64,000 nt of DNA, taken from the NCBI GenBank assembly GCA_964057225.1, contig OZ059895.1, positions 19,282,001-19,346,000 of the forward strand, given 5' to 3'. The translations under genes were made by a program, and so were the position numbers. How positions within the stretch are numbered: position 1 is the first letter of the stretch; each line of letters begins with the position of its first letter. The notes under the pieces were generated by a model. The model had not been told where the DNA came from and did no database searches. It was given only the letters and a program-made list of their open reading frames with translations. Shown here one piece after another: positions 12,870 through 29,240 of this stretch. The stretch comes from Auanema rhodensis. Its lineage: Eukaryota; Animalia; Nematoda.

Positions 12870-15800
12870 GTTACATACCATGTGCACAGCACGTGTACAA
12901 TTAATTAGCATAAATTAAAGTTCACGTAAATTTCAAAGTCATTGTTACCACGCACCAATATCAATAATGTTATGTTTTTAGACTAATATGGACATGAGGA
13001 ATCTAATTTTGAAAACCGCATCTCTTTATCTTTCACGGTAAGCGAGTTACATACCACGTGCACATCACGTGTACATTTAATTAGCATAAATTAAAGTTCA
13101 CGTGAATTTCAAAGTCATTGTTACCATGCACCAATATCAATAAAAATTTGTTTTAGACTAATATGGACATGGGGAATCTAATTTTGAGAACCGCATCTCT
13201 TTATCTTTCACGGGAAGCGAGTTACATACCATGTGCACATCACGTGTACAATTAATTAGCATAAATTAAAGTTCACGTAAATTTCAAAGTCATGGTTACC
13301 ATGCACCGATATCAATAATGTTTTGTTTTTAGACTAATATGGACATGGGGAATCTAATTTTGAAAACCGCATCTTTTTATCTTTCACGGGAAGCGTGTTA
13401 CATACCATGTGCACATCACGTGTACAATTAATTAGCATAAATTAAAGTTCACGTAAATTTCAAAGTCATGGTTACCATGCACCAATATCAATAAAAATTT
13501 GTTTTTAGACTAATATGGACATGGGGAATCTAATTTTGAAAACCGCATCTTTTTATCTTTCACGGGAAGCGAGTTACATACCATTTGCACATCACGTGTA
13601 TATATAATTAGCATAAATTAAAGTTCACGTAAATTTCAAAGTCATGGTTACCATGCACCAATATCAATAAAAATTTGTTTTTAGACTAATATGGACATGG
13701 GGAATCTAATTCTGAAAACCGCATCTCTTTATCTTTCACGGGAAGCGAGTTATTACATACCATGTGCACATCACGTGTACAATTAATTAGCATAAATTAA
13801 AGTTCACGTAAATTTCAAAGTCATGGTTACCATGCACCAATATCAATAAAAATTTGTTTTTAGACTAATATGGACATGGGGAATCTAATTTTGAAAACCG
13901 CATCTCTTTATCTTTCACGGGAAGCGAGTTACATACCATTTGCACATCACGTGTATATATAATTAGCATAAATTAAAGTTCACGTAAACGGGAAGCGAGT
14001 TACATACCATTTGCACATCACGTGTATATATAATTAGCATAAATTAAAGTTCACGTAAATTTCAAAGTCATGGTTACCATGCACCAATATCAATAAAAAT
14101 TTGTTTTTAGACTAATATGGACATGGGGAATCTAATTTTGAAAACCGCATCTCTTTATCTTTCACGGGAAGCGAGTTACATACCATTTGCACATCACGTG
14201 TGTATATAATTAGCATAAATTAAAGTTCACGTAAACGGGAAGCGAGTTACATACCATTTGCACATCACGTGTATATATAATTAGCATAAATTAAAGTTCA
14301 CGTAAATTTCAAAGTCATGGTTACTATGCACCAATATCAATAAAAATTTGTTTTTAGACTAATATGGACATGGGGAATCTAATTTTGAAAACCGCATCTT
14401 TTTATCTTTCACGGGAAGCGAGTTACATACCATGTGCACAGCACGTGTACAATTAATTAGCATAAATTAAAGTTCACGTAAATTTCAAAGTCATTGTTAC
14501 CACGCACCAATATCAATAATGTTATGTTTTTAGACTAATATGGACATGAGGAATCTAATTTTGAAAACCGCATCTCTTTATCTTTCACGGTAAGCGAGTT
14601 ACATACCACGTGCACATCACGTGTACATTTAATTAGCATAAATTAAAGTTCACGTAAATTTCAAAGTCATTGTTACCATGCACCAATATCAATAAAAATT
14701 TGTTTTTAGACTAATATGGACATGGGGAATCTAATTTTGAAAACCGCATCTTTTTATCTTTCACGGGAAGCGTGTTACATACCATGTGCACATCACGTGT
14801 ACAATTAATTAGCATAAATTAAAGTTCACGTAAATTTCAAAGTCATGGTTACCATGCACCAATATCAATAAAAATTTGTTTTTAGACTAATATGGACATG
14901 GGGAATCTAATTTTGAAAACCGCATCTCTTTATCTTTCACGGGAAGCGAGTTACATACCATTTGCACATCACGTGTATATATAATTAGCATAAATTAAAG
15001 TTCACGTAAACGGGAAGCGAGTTACATACCATTTGCACATCACGTGTATATATAATTAGCATAAATTAAAGTTCACGTAAATTTCAAAGTCATGGTTACC
15101 ATGCACCAATATCAATAAAAATTTGTTTTTAGACTAATATGGACATGGGGAATCTAATTTTGAAAACCGCATCTCTTTATCTTTCACGGGAAGCGAGTTA
15201 CATACCATTTGCACATCACGTGTGTATATAATTAGCATAAATTAAAGTTCACGTAAACGGGAAGCGAGTTACATACCATTTGCACATCACGTGTATATAT
15301 AATTAGCATAAATTAAAGTTCACGTAAATTTCAAAGTCATGGTTACCATGCACCAATATCAATAAAAATTTGTTTTTAGACTAATATGGACATGGGGAAT
15401 CTAATTTTGAAAACCGCATCTTTTTATCTTTCACGGGAAGCGAGTTACATACCATGTGCACAGCACGTGTACAATTAATTAGCATAAATTAAAGTTCACG
15501 TAAATTTCAAAGTCATTGTTACCACGCACCAATATCAATAATGTTATGTTTTTAGACTAATATGGACATGAGGAATCTAATTTTGAAAACCGCATCTCTT
15601 TATCTTTCACGGTAAGCGAGTTACATACCACGTGCACATCACGTGTACATTTAATTAGCATAAATTAAAGTTCACGTAAATTTCAAAGTCATTGTTACCA
15701 TGCACCAATATCAATAAAAATTTGTTTTAGACTAATATGGACATGGGGAATCTAATTTTGAGAACCGCATCTCTTTATCTTTCACGGGAAGCGAGTTACA

Positions 15801-16330
15801 TACCATGTGCACATCACGTGTACAATTAATTAGCATAAATTAAAGTTCACGTAAATTTCAAAGTCATGGTTACCATGCACCGATATCAATAATGTTTTGT
15901 TTTTAGACTAATATGGACATGGGGAATCTAATTTTGAAAACCGCATCTTTTTATCTTTCACGGGAAGCGTGTTACATACCATGTGCACATCACGTGTACA
16001 ATTAATTAGCATAAATTAAAGTTCACGTAAATTTCAAAGTCATGGTTACCATGCACCAATATCAATAAAAATTTGTTTTTAGACTAATATGGACATGGGG
16101 AATCTAATTTTGAAAACCGCATCTTTTTATCTTTCACGGGAAGCGAGTTACATACCATTTGCACATCACGTGTATATATAATTAGCATAAATTAAAGTTC
16201 ACGTAAATTTCAAAGTCATGGTTACCATGCACCAATATCAATAAAAATTTGTTTTTAGACTAATATGGACATGGGGAATCTAATTCTGAAAACCGCATCT
16301 CTTTATCTTTCACGGGAAGCGAGTTATTAC
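11005..16330 (+). repeat. Tandem duplication of ~2750 bp; the second copy lacks one monomer (offset falls to 2574)
   Basis: ttacTatgc at 11575/14325 (+2750); junctions at 11238/13988 (+2750) and 12436/15010 (+2574); shared 1-bp T deletion near 13150/15725. Confidence 0.85.
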
Positions 16331-19300
16331 ATACCATGTGCACATCACGTGTACAATTAATTAGCATAAATTAAAGTTCACGTAAATTTCAAAGTCATGG
16401 TTACCATGCACCAATATCAATAAAAATTTGTTTTTAGACTAATATGGACATGGGGAATCTAATTTTGAAAACCGCATCTCTTTATCTTTCACGGGAAGCG
16501 AGTTACATACCATTTGCACATCACGTGTATATATAATTAGCATAAATTAAAGTTCACGTAAATTTCAAAGTCATGGTTACCATGCACCAATATCAATAAA
16601 AATTTGTTTTTAAACTAATATGGACATGGGGAATCTAATTTTGAAAACCGTATCTTTTTATCTTTCACGGGAAGCGAGTTACATACCATGTGCACATCAC
16701 GTGTACAATTAATTAGCATAAATTAAAGTTCACGTAAATTTCAAAGTCATGGTTACCATGCACCAATATCAATAAAAATTTGTTTTTAAACTAATATGGA
16801 CATGGGGAATCTAATTTTGAAAACCGCATCTTTTTATCTTTCACGGGAAGCGAGTTACATACCATTTGCACATCACGTGTATATATAATTAGCATAAATT
16901 AAAGTTCACGTAAATTTCAAAGTCATGGTTACCATACACCGATATCAATAAAAATTTGTTTTTAGACTAATATGGACATGGGGAATCTAATTTTGAAAAC
17001 CGCATCTCTTTATCTTTCACGGGAAGCGAGTTACATACCATTTGCACATCACGTGTATATATAATTAGCATAAATTAAAGTTCACGTAAATTTCAAAGTC
17101 ATGGTTACCATACACCGATATCAATAATGTTATGATTTTAGACTAATATGGACATGGGGAATCTAATTTTGAAAACCGTATCTTTTTATCTTTCACGGGA
17201 AGCGAGTTATTACATACCATTTGCACATCACGTGTATATATAATTAGCATAAATTAAAGTTCACGTAAATTTCAAAGTCATGGTTACCATACACCAATAT
17301 CAATAAAAATTTGTTTTTAAACTAATATGGACATGGGGAATCTAATTTTGAAAACCGTATCTTTTTATCTTTCACGGGAAGCGAGTTATTACATACCATT
17401 TGCACATCACGTGTACAATTAATAAGCATAACTTAAAGTTCACGTAAATTTGAAATTCATGGTAACCATACACCGATATCAATAATGTTTTGTTTTTAGA
17501 CTAATATGGACATGGGGAATCTAATTTTGAAAACCGCATCTTTTTATCTTTCACGGGAAGCGTGTTACATACCATGTGCACATCACGTGTACAATTAATT
17601 AGCATAAATTAAAGTTCACGTAAATTTCAAAGTCATGGTTACCATGCACCAATATCAATAATGTTTTGTTTTTAGACTAATATGGACATGGGGAATCTAA
17701 TTTTGAAAACCGCATCTCTTTATCTTTCACGGGAAGCGAGTTACATACCATTTGCACATCACGTGTGTATATAATTAGCATAAATTAAAGTTCACGTAAA
17801 CGGGAAGCGAGTTACATACCATTTGCACATCACGTGTATATATAATTAGCATAAATTAAAGTTCACGTAAATTTCAAAGTCATGGTTACCATGCACCAAT
17901 ATCAAAAAAAATTTGTTTTTAGACTAATATGGACATGGGGAATCTAATTTTGAAAACCGCATCTCTTTATCTTTCACGGGAAGCGAGTTACATACCATTT
18001 GCACATCACGTGTATATATAATTAGCATAAATTAAAGTTCACGTAAACGGGAAGCGAGTTACATACCATTTGCACATCACGTGTATATATAATTAGCATA
18101 AATTAAAGTTCACGTAAATTTCAAAGTCATGGTTACCATGCACCAATATCAATAAAAATTTGTTTTTAGACTAATATGGACATGGGGAATCTAATTTTGA
18201 AAACCGCATCTCTTTATCTTTCACGGGAAGCGAGTTACATACCATTTGCACATCACGTGTATATATAATTAGCATAAATTAAAGTTCACGTAAACGGGAA
18301 GCGAGTTACATACCATTTGCACATCACGTGTATATATAATTAGCATAAATTAAAGTTCACGTAAATTTCAAAGTCATGGTTACCATGCACCAATATCAAT
18401 AAAAATTTGTTTTTAGACTAATATGGACATGGGGAATCTAATTTTGAAAACCGCATCTTTTTATCTTTCACGGGAAGCGAGTTACATACCATGTGCACAG
18501 CACGTGTACAATTAATTAGCATAAATTAAAGTTCACGTAAATTTCAAAGTCATTGTTACCACGCACCAATATCAATAATGTTATGTTTTTAGACTAATAT
18601 GGACATGGGGAATCTAATTTTGAAAACCGCATCTCTTTATCTTTCACGGTAAGCGAGTTACATACCACGTGCACATCACGTGTACATTTAATTAGCATAA
18701 ATTAAAGTTCACGTAAATTTCAAAGTCATTGTTACCATGCACCAATATCAATAAAAATTTGTTTTTAGACTAATATGGACATGGGGAATCTAATTTTGAG
18801 AACCGCATCTCTTTATCTTTCACGGGAAGCGAGTTACATACCATGTGCACATCACGTGTACAATTAATTAGCATAAATTAAAGTTCACGTAAATTTCAAA
18901 GTCATGGTTACCATGCACCGATATCAATAATGTTTTGTTTTTAGACTAATATGGACATGGGGAATCTAATTTTGAAAACCGCATCTTTTTATCTTTCACG
19001 GGAAGCGTGTTACATACCATGTGCACATCACGTGTACAATTAATTAGCATAAATTAAAGTTCACGTAAATTTCAAAGTCATGGTTACCATGCACCAATAT
19101 CAATAAAAATTTGTTTTTAGACTAATATGGACATGGGGAATCTAATTTTGTAAACCGCATCTTTTTATCTTTCACGGGAAGCGAGTTACATACCATTTGC
19201 CCATCACGTGTATATATAATTAGCATAAATTAAAGTTCACGTAAATTTCAAAGTCATGGTTACCATGCACCAATATCAATAAAAATTTGTTTTTAGACTA

Positions 19301-21519
19301 ATATGGACATGGGGAATCTAATTCTGAAAACCGCATCTCTTTATCTTTCACGGGAAGCGAGTTATTACATACCATGTGCACATCACGTGTACAATTAATT
19401 AGCATAAATTAAAGTTCACGTAAATTTCAAAGTCATGGTTACCATGCACCAATATCAATAAAAATTTGTTTTTAAACTAATATGGACATGGGGAATCTAA
19501 TTTTGAAAACCGTATCTTTTTATCTTTCACGGGAAGCGAGTTACATACCATGTGCACATCACGTGTACAATTAATTAGCATAAATTAAAGTTCACGTAAA
19601 TTTCAAAGTCATGGTTACCATACACCGATATCAATAAAAATTTGTTTTTAGACTAATATGGACATGGGGAATCTAATTTTGAAAACCGCATCTCTTTATC
19701 TTTCACGGGAAGCGAGTTACATACCATTTGCACATCACGTGTATATATAATTAGCATAAATTAAAGTTCACGTAAATTTCAAAGTCATGGTTACCATGCA
19801 CCAATATCAATAAAAATTTGTTTTTAAACTAATATGGACATGGGGAATCTAATTTTGAAAACCGCATCTTTTTATCTTTCACGGGAAGCGAGTTATTACA
19901 TACCATTTGCACATCACGTGTACAATTAATTAGCATAACTTAAAGTTCACGTAAATTTGAAATTCATGGTAACCATACACCGATATCAATAAAAATTTGT
20001 TTTTAGACTAATATGGACATGGGGAATCTAATTTTGAGAACCGCATCTCTTTATCTTTCACGGGAAGCGAGTTACATACCATGTGCACATCACGTGTACA
20101 ATTAATTAGCATAAATTAAAGTTCACGTAAATTTCAAAGTCATGATTACCATGCACCGATATCAATAATGTTTTGTTTTTAGACTAATATGGACATGGGG
20201 AATCTAATTTTGAAAACCGCATCTTTTTATCTTTCACGGGAAGCGAGTTACATACCATGTGCACATCACGTGTACAATTAATTAGCATAAATTAAAGTTC
20301 ACGTAAATTTCAAAGTCATGGTTACCATACACCGATATCAATAAAAATTTGTTCTTAGACTAATATGGACATGGGGAATCTAATTTTGAAAACCGCATCT
20401 CTTTATCTTTCACGGGAAGCGAGTTACATACCATTTGCACATCACGTGTATATATAATTAGCATAAATTAAAGTTCACGTAAATTTCAAAGTCATGGTTA
20501 CCATGCACCAATATCAATAAAAATTTGTTTTTAAACTAATATGGACATGGGGAATCTAATTTTGAAAACCGTATCTTTTTATCTTTCACGGGAAGCGAGT
20601 TATTACATACCATTTGCACATCACGTGTACAATTAATAAGCATAACTTAAAGTTCACGTAAATTTGAAATTCATGGTAACCATACACCGATATCAATAAT
20701 GTTTTGTTTTTAGACTAATATGGACATGGGGAATCTAATTTTGAAAACCGCATCTCTTTATCTTTCACGGGAAGCGAGTTACATACCATGTGCACATCAC
20801 GTGTACAATTAATTAGCATAAATTAAAGTTCACGTAAATTTCAAAGTCATGATTACCATGCACCGATATCAATAATGTTTTGTTTTTAAACTAATATGGA
20901 CATGGGGAATCTAATTTTGAAAACCGTATCTTTTTATCTTTCACGGGAAGCGAGTTACATACCATTTGCACATCACGTGTACAATTAATTAGCATAAATT
21001 AAAGTTCACGTAAATTTCAAAGTCATGGTTACCATACACCGATATCAATAAAAATTTGTTTTTAGACTAATATGGACATGGGGAATCTAATTTTGAAAAC
21101 CGCATCTCTTTATCTTTCACGGGAAGCGAGTTACATACCATTTGCACATCACGTGTATATATAATTAGCATAAATTAAAGTTCACGTAAATTTCAAAGTC
21201 ATGGTTACCATGCACCAATATCAATAAAAATTTGTTTTTAAACTAATATGGACATGGGGAATCTAATTTTGAAAACCGTATCTTTTTATCTTTCACGGGA
21301 AGCGAGTTACATACCATGTGCACATCACGTGTACAATTAATTAGCATAAATTAAAGTTCACGTAAATTTGAAATTCATGGTAACCATACACCGATATCAA
21401 TAATGTTTTGTTTTTAGACTAATATGGACATGGGGAATCTAATTTTGAAAACCGCATCTCTTTATCTTTCACGGGAAGCGAGTTACATACCATGTGCACA
21501 TCACGTGTACAATTAATTA

Positions 21520-24500
21520 GCATAAATTAAAGTTCACGTAAATTTCAAAGTCATGATTACCATGCACCGATATCAATAATGTTTTGTTTTTAAACTAATA
21601 TGGACATGGGGAATCTAATTTTGAAAACCGTATCTTTTTATCTTTCACGGGAAGCGAGTTACATACCATGTGCACATCACGTGTACAATTAATTAGCATA
21701 AATTAAAGTTCACGTAAATTTCAAAGTCATGGTTACCATACACCGATATCAATAAAAATTTGTTTTTAGACTAATATGGACATGGGGAATCTAATTTTGA
21801 AAACCGCATCTCTTTATCTTTCACGGGAAGCGAGTTACATACCATGTGCACATCACGTGTATATATAATTAGCATAAATTAAAGTTCACGTAAATTTCAA
21901 AGTCATGGTTACCATGCACCAATATCAATAAAAATTTGTTTTTAAACTAATATGGACATGGGGAATCTAATTTTGAAAACCGTATCTTTTTATCTTTCAC
22001 GGGAAGCGAGTTATTACATACCATTTGCACATCACGTGTACAATTAATAAGCATAACTTAAAGTTCACGTAAATTTGAAATTCATGGTAACCATACACCG
22101 ATATCAATAATGTTTTGTTTTTAGACTAATATGGACATGGGGAATCTAATTTTGAAAACCGCATCTTTTTATCTTTCACGGGAAGCGAGTTACATACCAT
22201 GTGCACATCACGTGTACAATTAATTAGCATAAATTAAAGTTCACGTAAATTTCAAAGTCATGGTTACCATGCACCAATATCAATAAAAATTTGTTTTTAG
22301 ACTAATATGGACATGGGGAATCTAATTTTGAAAACCGCATCTCTTTATCTTTCACGGGAAGCGAGTTACATACCATTTGCACATCACGTGTATATATAAT
22401 TAGCATAAATTAAAGTTCACGTAAACGGGAAGCGAGTTACATACCATTTGCACATCACGTGTATATATAATTAGCATAAATTAAAGTTCACGTAAATTTC
22501 AAAGTCATGGTTACCATGCACCAATATCAATAAAAATTTGTTTTTAGACTAATATGGACATGGGGAATCTAATTTTGAAAACCGCATCTCTTTATCTTTC
22601 ACGGGAAGCGAGTTACATACCATTTGCACATCACGTGTGTATATAATTAGCATAAATTAAAGTTCACGTAAACGGGAAGCGAGTTACATACCATTTGCAC
22701 ATCACGTGTATATATAATTAGCATAAATTAAAGTTCACGTAAATTTCAAAGTCATGGTTACCATGCACCAATATCAATAAAAATTTGTTTTTAGACTAAT
22801 ATGGACATGGGGAATCTAATTTTGAAAACCGCATCTTTTTATCTTTCACGGGAAGCGAGTTACATACCATGTGCACAGCACGTGTACAATTAATTAGCAT
22901 AAATTAAAGTTCACGTAAATTTCAAAGTCATTGTTACCACGCACCAATATCAATAATGTTATGTTTTTAGACTAATATGGACATGAGGAATCTAATTTTG
23001 AAAACCGCATCTCTTTATCTTTCACGGTAAGCGAGTTACATACCACGTGCACATCACGTGTACATTTAATTAGCATAAATTAAAGTTCACGTAAATTTCA
23101 AAGTCATTGTTACCATGCACCAATATCAATAAAAATTTGTTTTTAGACTAATATGGACATGGGGAATCTAATTTTGAGAACCGCATCTCTTTATCTTTCA
23201 CGGGAAGCGAGTTACATACCATGTGCACATCACGTGTACAATTAATTAGCATAAATTAAAGTTCACGTAAATTTCAAAGTCATGGTTACCATGCACCGAT
23301 ATCAATAATGTTTTGTTTTTAGACTAATATGGACATGGGGAATCTAATTTTGAAAACCGCATCTTTTTATCTTTCACGGGAAGCGTGTTACATACCATGT
23401 GCACATCACGTGTACAATTAATTAGCATAAATTAAAGTTCACGTAAATTTCAAAGTCATGGTTACCATGCACCAATATCAATAAAAATTTGTTTTTAGAC
23501 TAATATGGACATGGGGAATCTAATTTTGAAAACCGCATCTCTTTATCTTTCACGGGAAGCGAGTTACATACCATTTGCACATCACGTGTATATATAATTA
23601 GCATAAATTAAAGTTCACGTAAACGGGAAGCGAGTTACATACCATTTGCACATCACGTGTATATATAATTAGCATAAATTAAAGTTCACGTAAATTTCAA
23701 AGTCATGGTTACCATGCACCAATATCAATAAAAATTTGTTTTTAGACTAATATGGACATGGGGAATCTAATTTTGAAAACCGCATCTCTTTATCTTTCAC
23801 GGGAAGCGAGTTACATACCATTTGCACATCACGTGTGTATATAATTAGCATAAATTAAAGTTCACGTAAACGGGAAGCGAGTTACATACCATTTGCACAT
23901 CACGTGTATATATAATTAGCATAAATTAAAGTTCACGTAAATTTCAAAGTCATGGTTACCATGCACCAATATCAATAAAAATTTGTTTTTAGACTAATAT
24001 GGACATGGGGAATCTAATTTTGAAAACCGCATCTTTTTATCTTTCACGGGAAGCGAGTTACATACCATGTGCACAGCACGTGTACAATTAATTAGCATAA
24101 ATTAAAGTTCACGTAAATTTCAAAGTCATTGTTACCACGCACCAATATCAATAATGTTATGTTTTTAGACTAATATGGACATGAGGAATCTAATTTCGAA
24201 AACCGCATCTCTTTATCTTTCACGGTAAGCGAGTTACATACCACGTGCACATCACGTGTACATTTAATTAGCATAAATTAAAGTTCACGTAAATTTCAAA
24301 GTCATTGTTACCATGCACCAATATCAATAAAAATTTGTTTTTAGACTAATATGGACATGGGGAATCTAATTTTGAGAACCGCATCTCTTTATCTTTCACG
24401 GGAAGCGAGTTACATACCATGTGCACATCACGTGTACAATTAATTAGCATAAATTAAAGTTCACGTAAATTTCAAAGTCATGGTTACCATGCACCGATAT

Positions 24501-27500
24501 CAATAATGTTTTGTTTTTAGACTAATATGGACATGGGGAATCTAATTTTGAAAACCGCATCTTTTTATCTTTCACGGGAAGCGTGTTACATACCATGTGC
24601 ACATCACGTGTACAATTAATTAGCATAAATTAAAGTTCACGTAAATTTCAAAGTCATGGTTACCATGCACCAATATCAATAAAAATTTGTTTTTAGACTA
24701 ATATGGACATGGAGAATCTAATTTTGAAAACCGCATCTTTTTATCTTTCACGGGAAGCGAGTTACATACCATTTGCACATCACGTGTATATATAATTAGC
24801 ATAAATTAAAGTTCACGTAAATTTCAAAGTCATGGTTACCATGCACCAATATCAATAAAAATTTGTTTTTAGACTAATATGGACATGGGGAATCTAATTC
24901 TGAAAACCGCATCTCTTTATCTTTCACGGGAAGCGAGTTATTACATACCATGTGCACATCACGTGTACAATTAATTAGCATAAATTAAAGTTCACGTAAA
25001 TTTCAAAGTCATGGTTACCATGCACCAATATCAATAAAAATTTGTTTTTAGACTAATATGGACATGGGGAATCTAATTTTGAAAACCGCATCTCTTTATC
25101 TTTCACGGGAAGCGAGTTACATACCATTTGCACATCACGTGTATATATAATTAGCATAAATTAAAGTTCACGTAAATTTCAAAGTCATGATTACCATGCA
25201 CCGATATCAATAATGTTTTGTTTTTAAACTAATATGGACATGGGGAATCTAATTTTGAAAACCGTATCTTTTTATCTTTCACGGGAAGCGAGTTACATAC
25301 CATGTGCACATCACGTGTACAATTAATTAGCATAAATTAAAGTTCACGTAAATTTCAAAGTCATGGTTACCATACACCGATATCAATAAAAATTTGTTTT
25401 TAGACTAATATGGACATGGGGAATCTAATTTTGAAAACCGCATCTCTTTATCTTTCACGGGAAGCGAGTTACATACCATGTGCACATCACGTGTATATAT
25501 AATTAGCATAAATTAAAGTTCACGTAAATTTCAAAGTCATGGTTACCATGCACCAATATCAATAAAAATTTGTTTTTAAACTAATATGGACATGGGGAAT
25601 CTAATTTTGAAAACCGTATCTTTTTATCTTTCACGGGAAGCGAGTTATTACATACCATTTGCACATCACGTGTACAATTAATAAGCATAACTTAAAGTTC
25701 ACGTAAATTTGAAATTCATGGTAACCATACACCGATATCAATAATGTTTTGTTTTTAGACTAATATGGACATGGGGAATCTAATTTTGAAAACCGCATCT
25801 TTTTATCTTTCACGGGAAGCGAGTTACATACCATGTGCACATCACGTGTACAATTAATTAGCATAAATTAAAGTTCACGTAAATTTCAAAGTCATGGTTA
25901 CCATGCACCAATATCAATAAAAATTTGTTTTTAGACTAATATGGACATGGGGAATCTAATTTTGAAAACCGCATCTCTTTATCTTTCACGGGAAGCGAGT
26001 TACATACCATTTGCACATCACGTGTATATATAATTAGCATAAATTAAAGTTCACGTAAACGGGAAGCGAGTTACATACCATTTGCACATCACGTGTATAT
26101 ATAATTAGCATAAATTAAAGTTCACGTAAATTTCAAAGTCATGGTTACCATGCACCAATATCAATAAAAATTTGTTTTTAGACTAATATGGACATGGGGA
26201 ATCTAATTTTGAAAACCGCATCTCTTTATCTTTCACGGGAAGCGAGTTACATACCATTTGCACATCACGTGTGTATATAATTAGCATAAATTAAAGTTCA
26301 CGTAAACGGGAAGCGAGTTACATACCATTTGCACAGCACGTGTACAATTAATTAGCATAAATTAAAGTTCACGTAAATTTCAAAGTCATTGTTACCACGC
26401 ACCAATATCAATAATGTTATGTTTTTAGACTAATATGGACATGAGGAATCTAATTTTGAAAACCGCATCTCTTTATCTTTCACGGTAAGCGAGTTACATA
26501 CCACGTGCACATCACGTGTACATTTAATTAGCATAAATTAAAGTTCACGTAAATTTCAAAGTCATTGTTACCATGCACCAATATCAATAAAAATTTGTTT
26601 TTAGACTAATATGGACATGGGGAATCTAATTTTGAGAACCGCATCTCTTTATCTTTCACGGGAAGCGAGTTACATACCATGTGCACATCACGTGTACAAT
26701 TAATTAGCATAAATTAAAGTTCACGTAAATTTCAAAGTCATGGTTACCATGCACCGATATCAATAATGTTTTGTTTTTAGACTAATATGGACATGGGGAA
26801 TCTAATTTTGAAAACCGCATCTTTTTATCTTTCACGGGAAGCGTGTTACATACCATGTGCACATCACGTGTACAATTAATTAGCATAAATTAAAGTTCAC
26901 GTAAATTTCAAAGTCATGGTTACCATGCACCAATATCAATAAAAATTTGTTTTTAGACTAATATGGACATGGGGAATCTAATTTTGAAAACCGCATCTCT
27001 TTATCTTTCACGGGAAGCGAGTTTCATACCATTTGCACATCACGTGTATATATAATTAGCATAAATTAAAGTTCACGTAAACGGGAAGCGAGTTACATAC
27101 CATTTGCACATCACGTGTATATATAATTAGCATAAATTAAAGTTCACGTAAATTTCAAAGTCATGGTTACCATGCACCAATATCAATAAAAATTTGTTTT
27201 TAGACTAATATGGACATGGGGAATCTAATTTTGAAAACCGCATCTCTTTATCTTTCACGGGAAGCGAGTTACATACCATTTGCACATCACGTGTGTATAT
27301 AATTAGCATAAATTAAAGTTCACGTAAACGGGAAGCGAGTTACATACCATTTGCACAGCACGTGTACAATTAATTAGCATAAATTAAAGTTCACGTAAAT
27401 TTCAAAGTCATTGTTACCACGCACCAATATCAATAATGTTATGTTTTTAGACTAATATGGACATGAGGAATCTAATTTTGAAAACCGCATCTCTTTATCT

Positions 27501-29240
27501 TTCACGGTAAGCGAGTTACATACCACGTGCACATCACGTGTACATTTAATTAGCATAAATTAAAGTTCACGTAAATTTCAAAGTCATTGTTACCATGCAC
27601 CAATATCAATAAAAATTTGTTTTTAGACTAATATGGACATGGGGAATCTAATTTTGAGAACCGCATCTCTTTATCTTTCACGGGAAGCGAGTTACATACC
27701 ATTTGCACATCACGTGTATATATAATTAGCATAAATTAAAGTTCACGTAAATTTCAAAGTCATGGTTACCATGCACCAATATCAATAAAAATTTGTTTTT
27801 AGACTAATATGGACATGGGGAATCTAATTTTGAAAACCGCATCTCTTTATCTTTCACGGGAAGCGAGTTACATACCATTTGCACATCACGTGTGTATATA
27901 ATTAGCATAAATTAAAGTTCACGTAAACGGGAAGCGAGTTACATACCATTTGCACATCACGTGTATATATAATTAGCATAAATTAAAGTTCACGTAAATT
28001 TCAAAGTCATGGTTACCATGCACCAATATCAATAAAAATTTGTTTTTAGACTAATATGGACATGGGGAATCTAATTTTGAAAACCGCATCTTTTTATCTT
28101 TCACGGGAAGCGAGTTACATACCATGTGCACAGCACGTGTACAATTAATTAGCATAAATTAAAGTTCACGTAAATTTCAAAGTCATTGTTACCACGCACC
28201 AATATCAATAATGTTATGTTTTTAGACTAATATGGACATGAGGAATCTAATTTTGAAAACCGCATCTCTTAATCTTTCACGGTAAGCGAGTTACATACCA
28301 CGTGCACATCACGTGTACATTTAATTAGCATAAATTAAAGTTCACGTAAATTTCAAAGTCATTGTTACCATGCACCAATATCAATAAAAATTTGTTTTTA
28401 GACTAATATGGACATGGGGAATCTAATTTTGAGAACCGCATCTCTTTATCTTTCACGGGAAGCGAGTTACATACCATGTGCACATCACGTGTACAATTAA
28501 TTAGCATAAATTAAAGTTCACGTAAATTTCAAAGTCATGGTTACCATGCACCGATATCAATAATGTTTTGTTTTTAGACTAATATGGACATGGGGAATCT
28601 AATTTTGAAAACCGCATCTTTTTATCTTTCACGGGAAGCGTGTTACATACCATGTGCACATCACGTGTACAATTAATTAGCATAAATTAAAGTTCACGTA
28701 AATTTCAAAGTCATGGTTACCATGCACCAATATCAATAAAAATTTGTTTTTAGACTAATATGGACATGGAGAATCTAATTTTGAAAACCGCATCTTTTTA
28801 TCTTTCACGGGAAGCGAGTTACATACCATTTGCACATCACGTGTATATATAATTAGCATAAATTAAAGTTCACGTAAATTTCAAAGTCATGGTTACCATG
28901 CACCAATATCAATAAAAATTTGTTTTTAGACTAATATGGACATGGGGAATCTAATTCTGAAAACCGCATCTTTTTATCTTTCACGGGAAGCGAGTTATTA
29001 CATACCATGTGCACATCACGTGTACAATTAATTAGCATAAATTAAAGTTCACGTAAATTTCAAAGTCATGGTTACCATGCACCAATATCAATAAAAATTT
29101 GTTTTTAGACTAATATGGACATGGGGAATCTAATTTTGAAAACCGCATCTCTTTATCTTTCACGGGAAGCGAGTTACATACCATTTGCACATCACGTGTA
29201 TATATAATTAGCATAAATTAAAGTTCACGTAAATTTCAAA
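21520..29240 (+). repeat. Nested block duplications with offsets 3634 and 4057 bp
   Basis: Offset +3634: catgAttacc 21556/25190 and junction 22425/26059. Offset +4057: catggAgaat 24713/28770 and junction 23870/27927. Confidence 0.82.
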
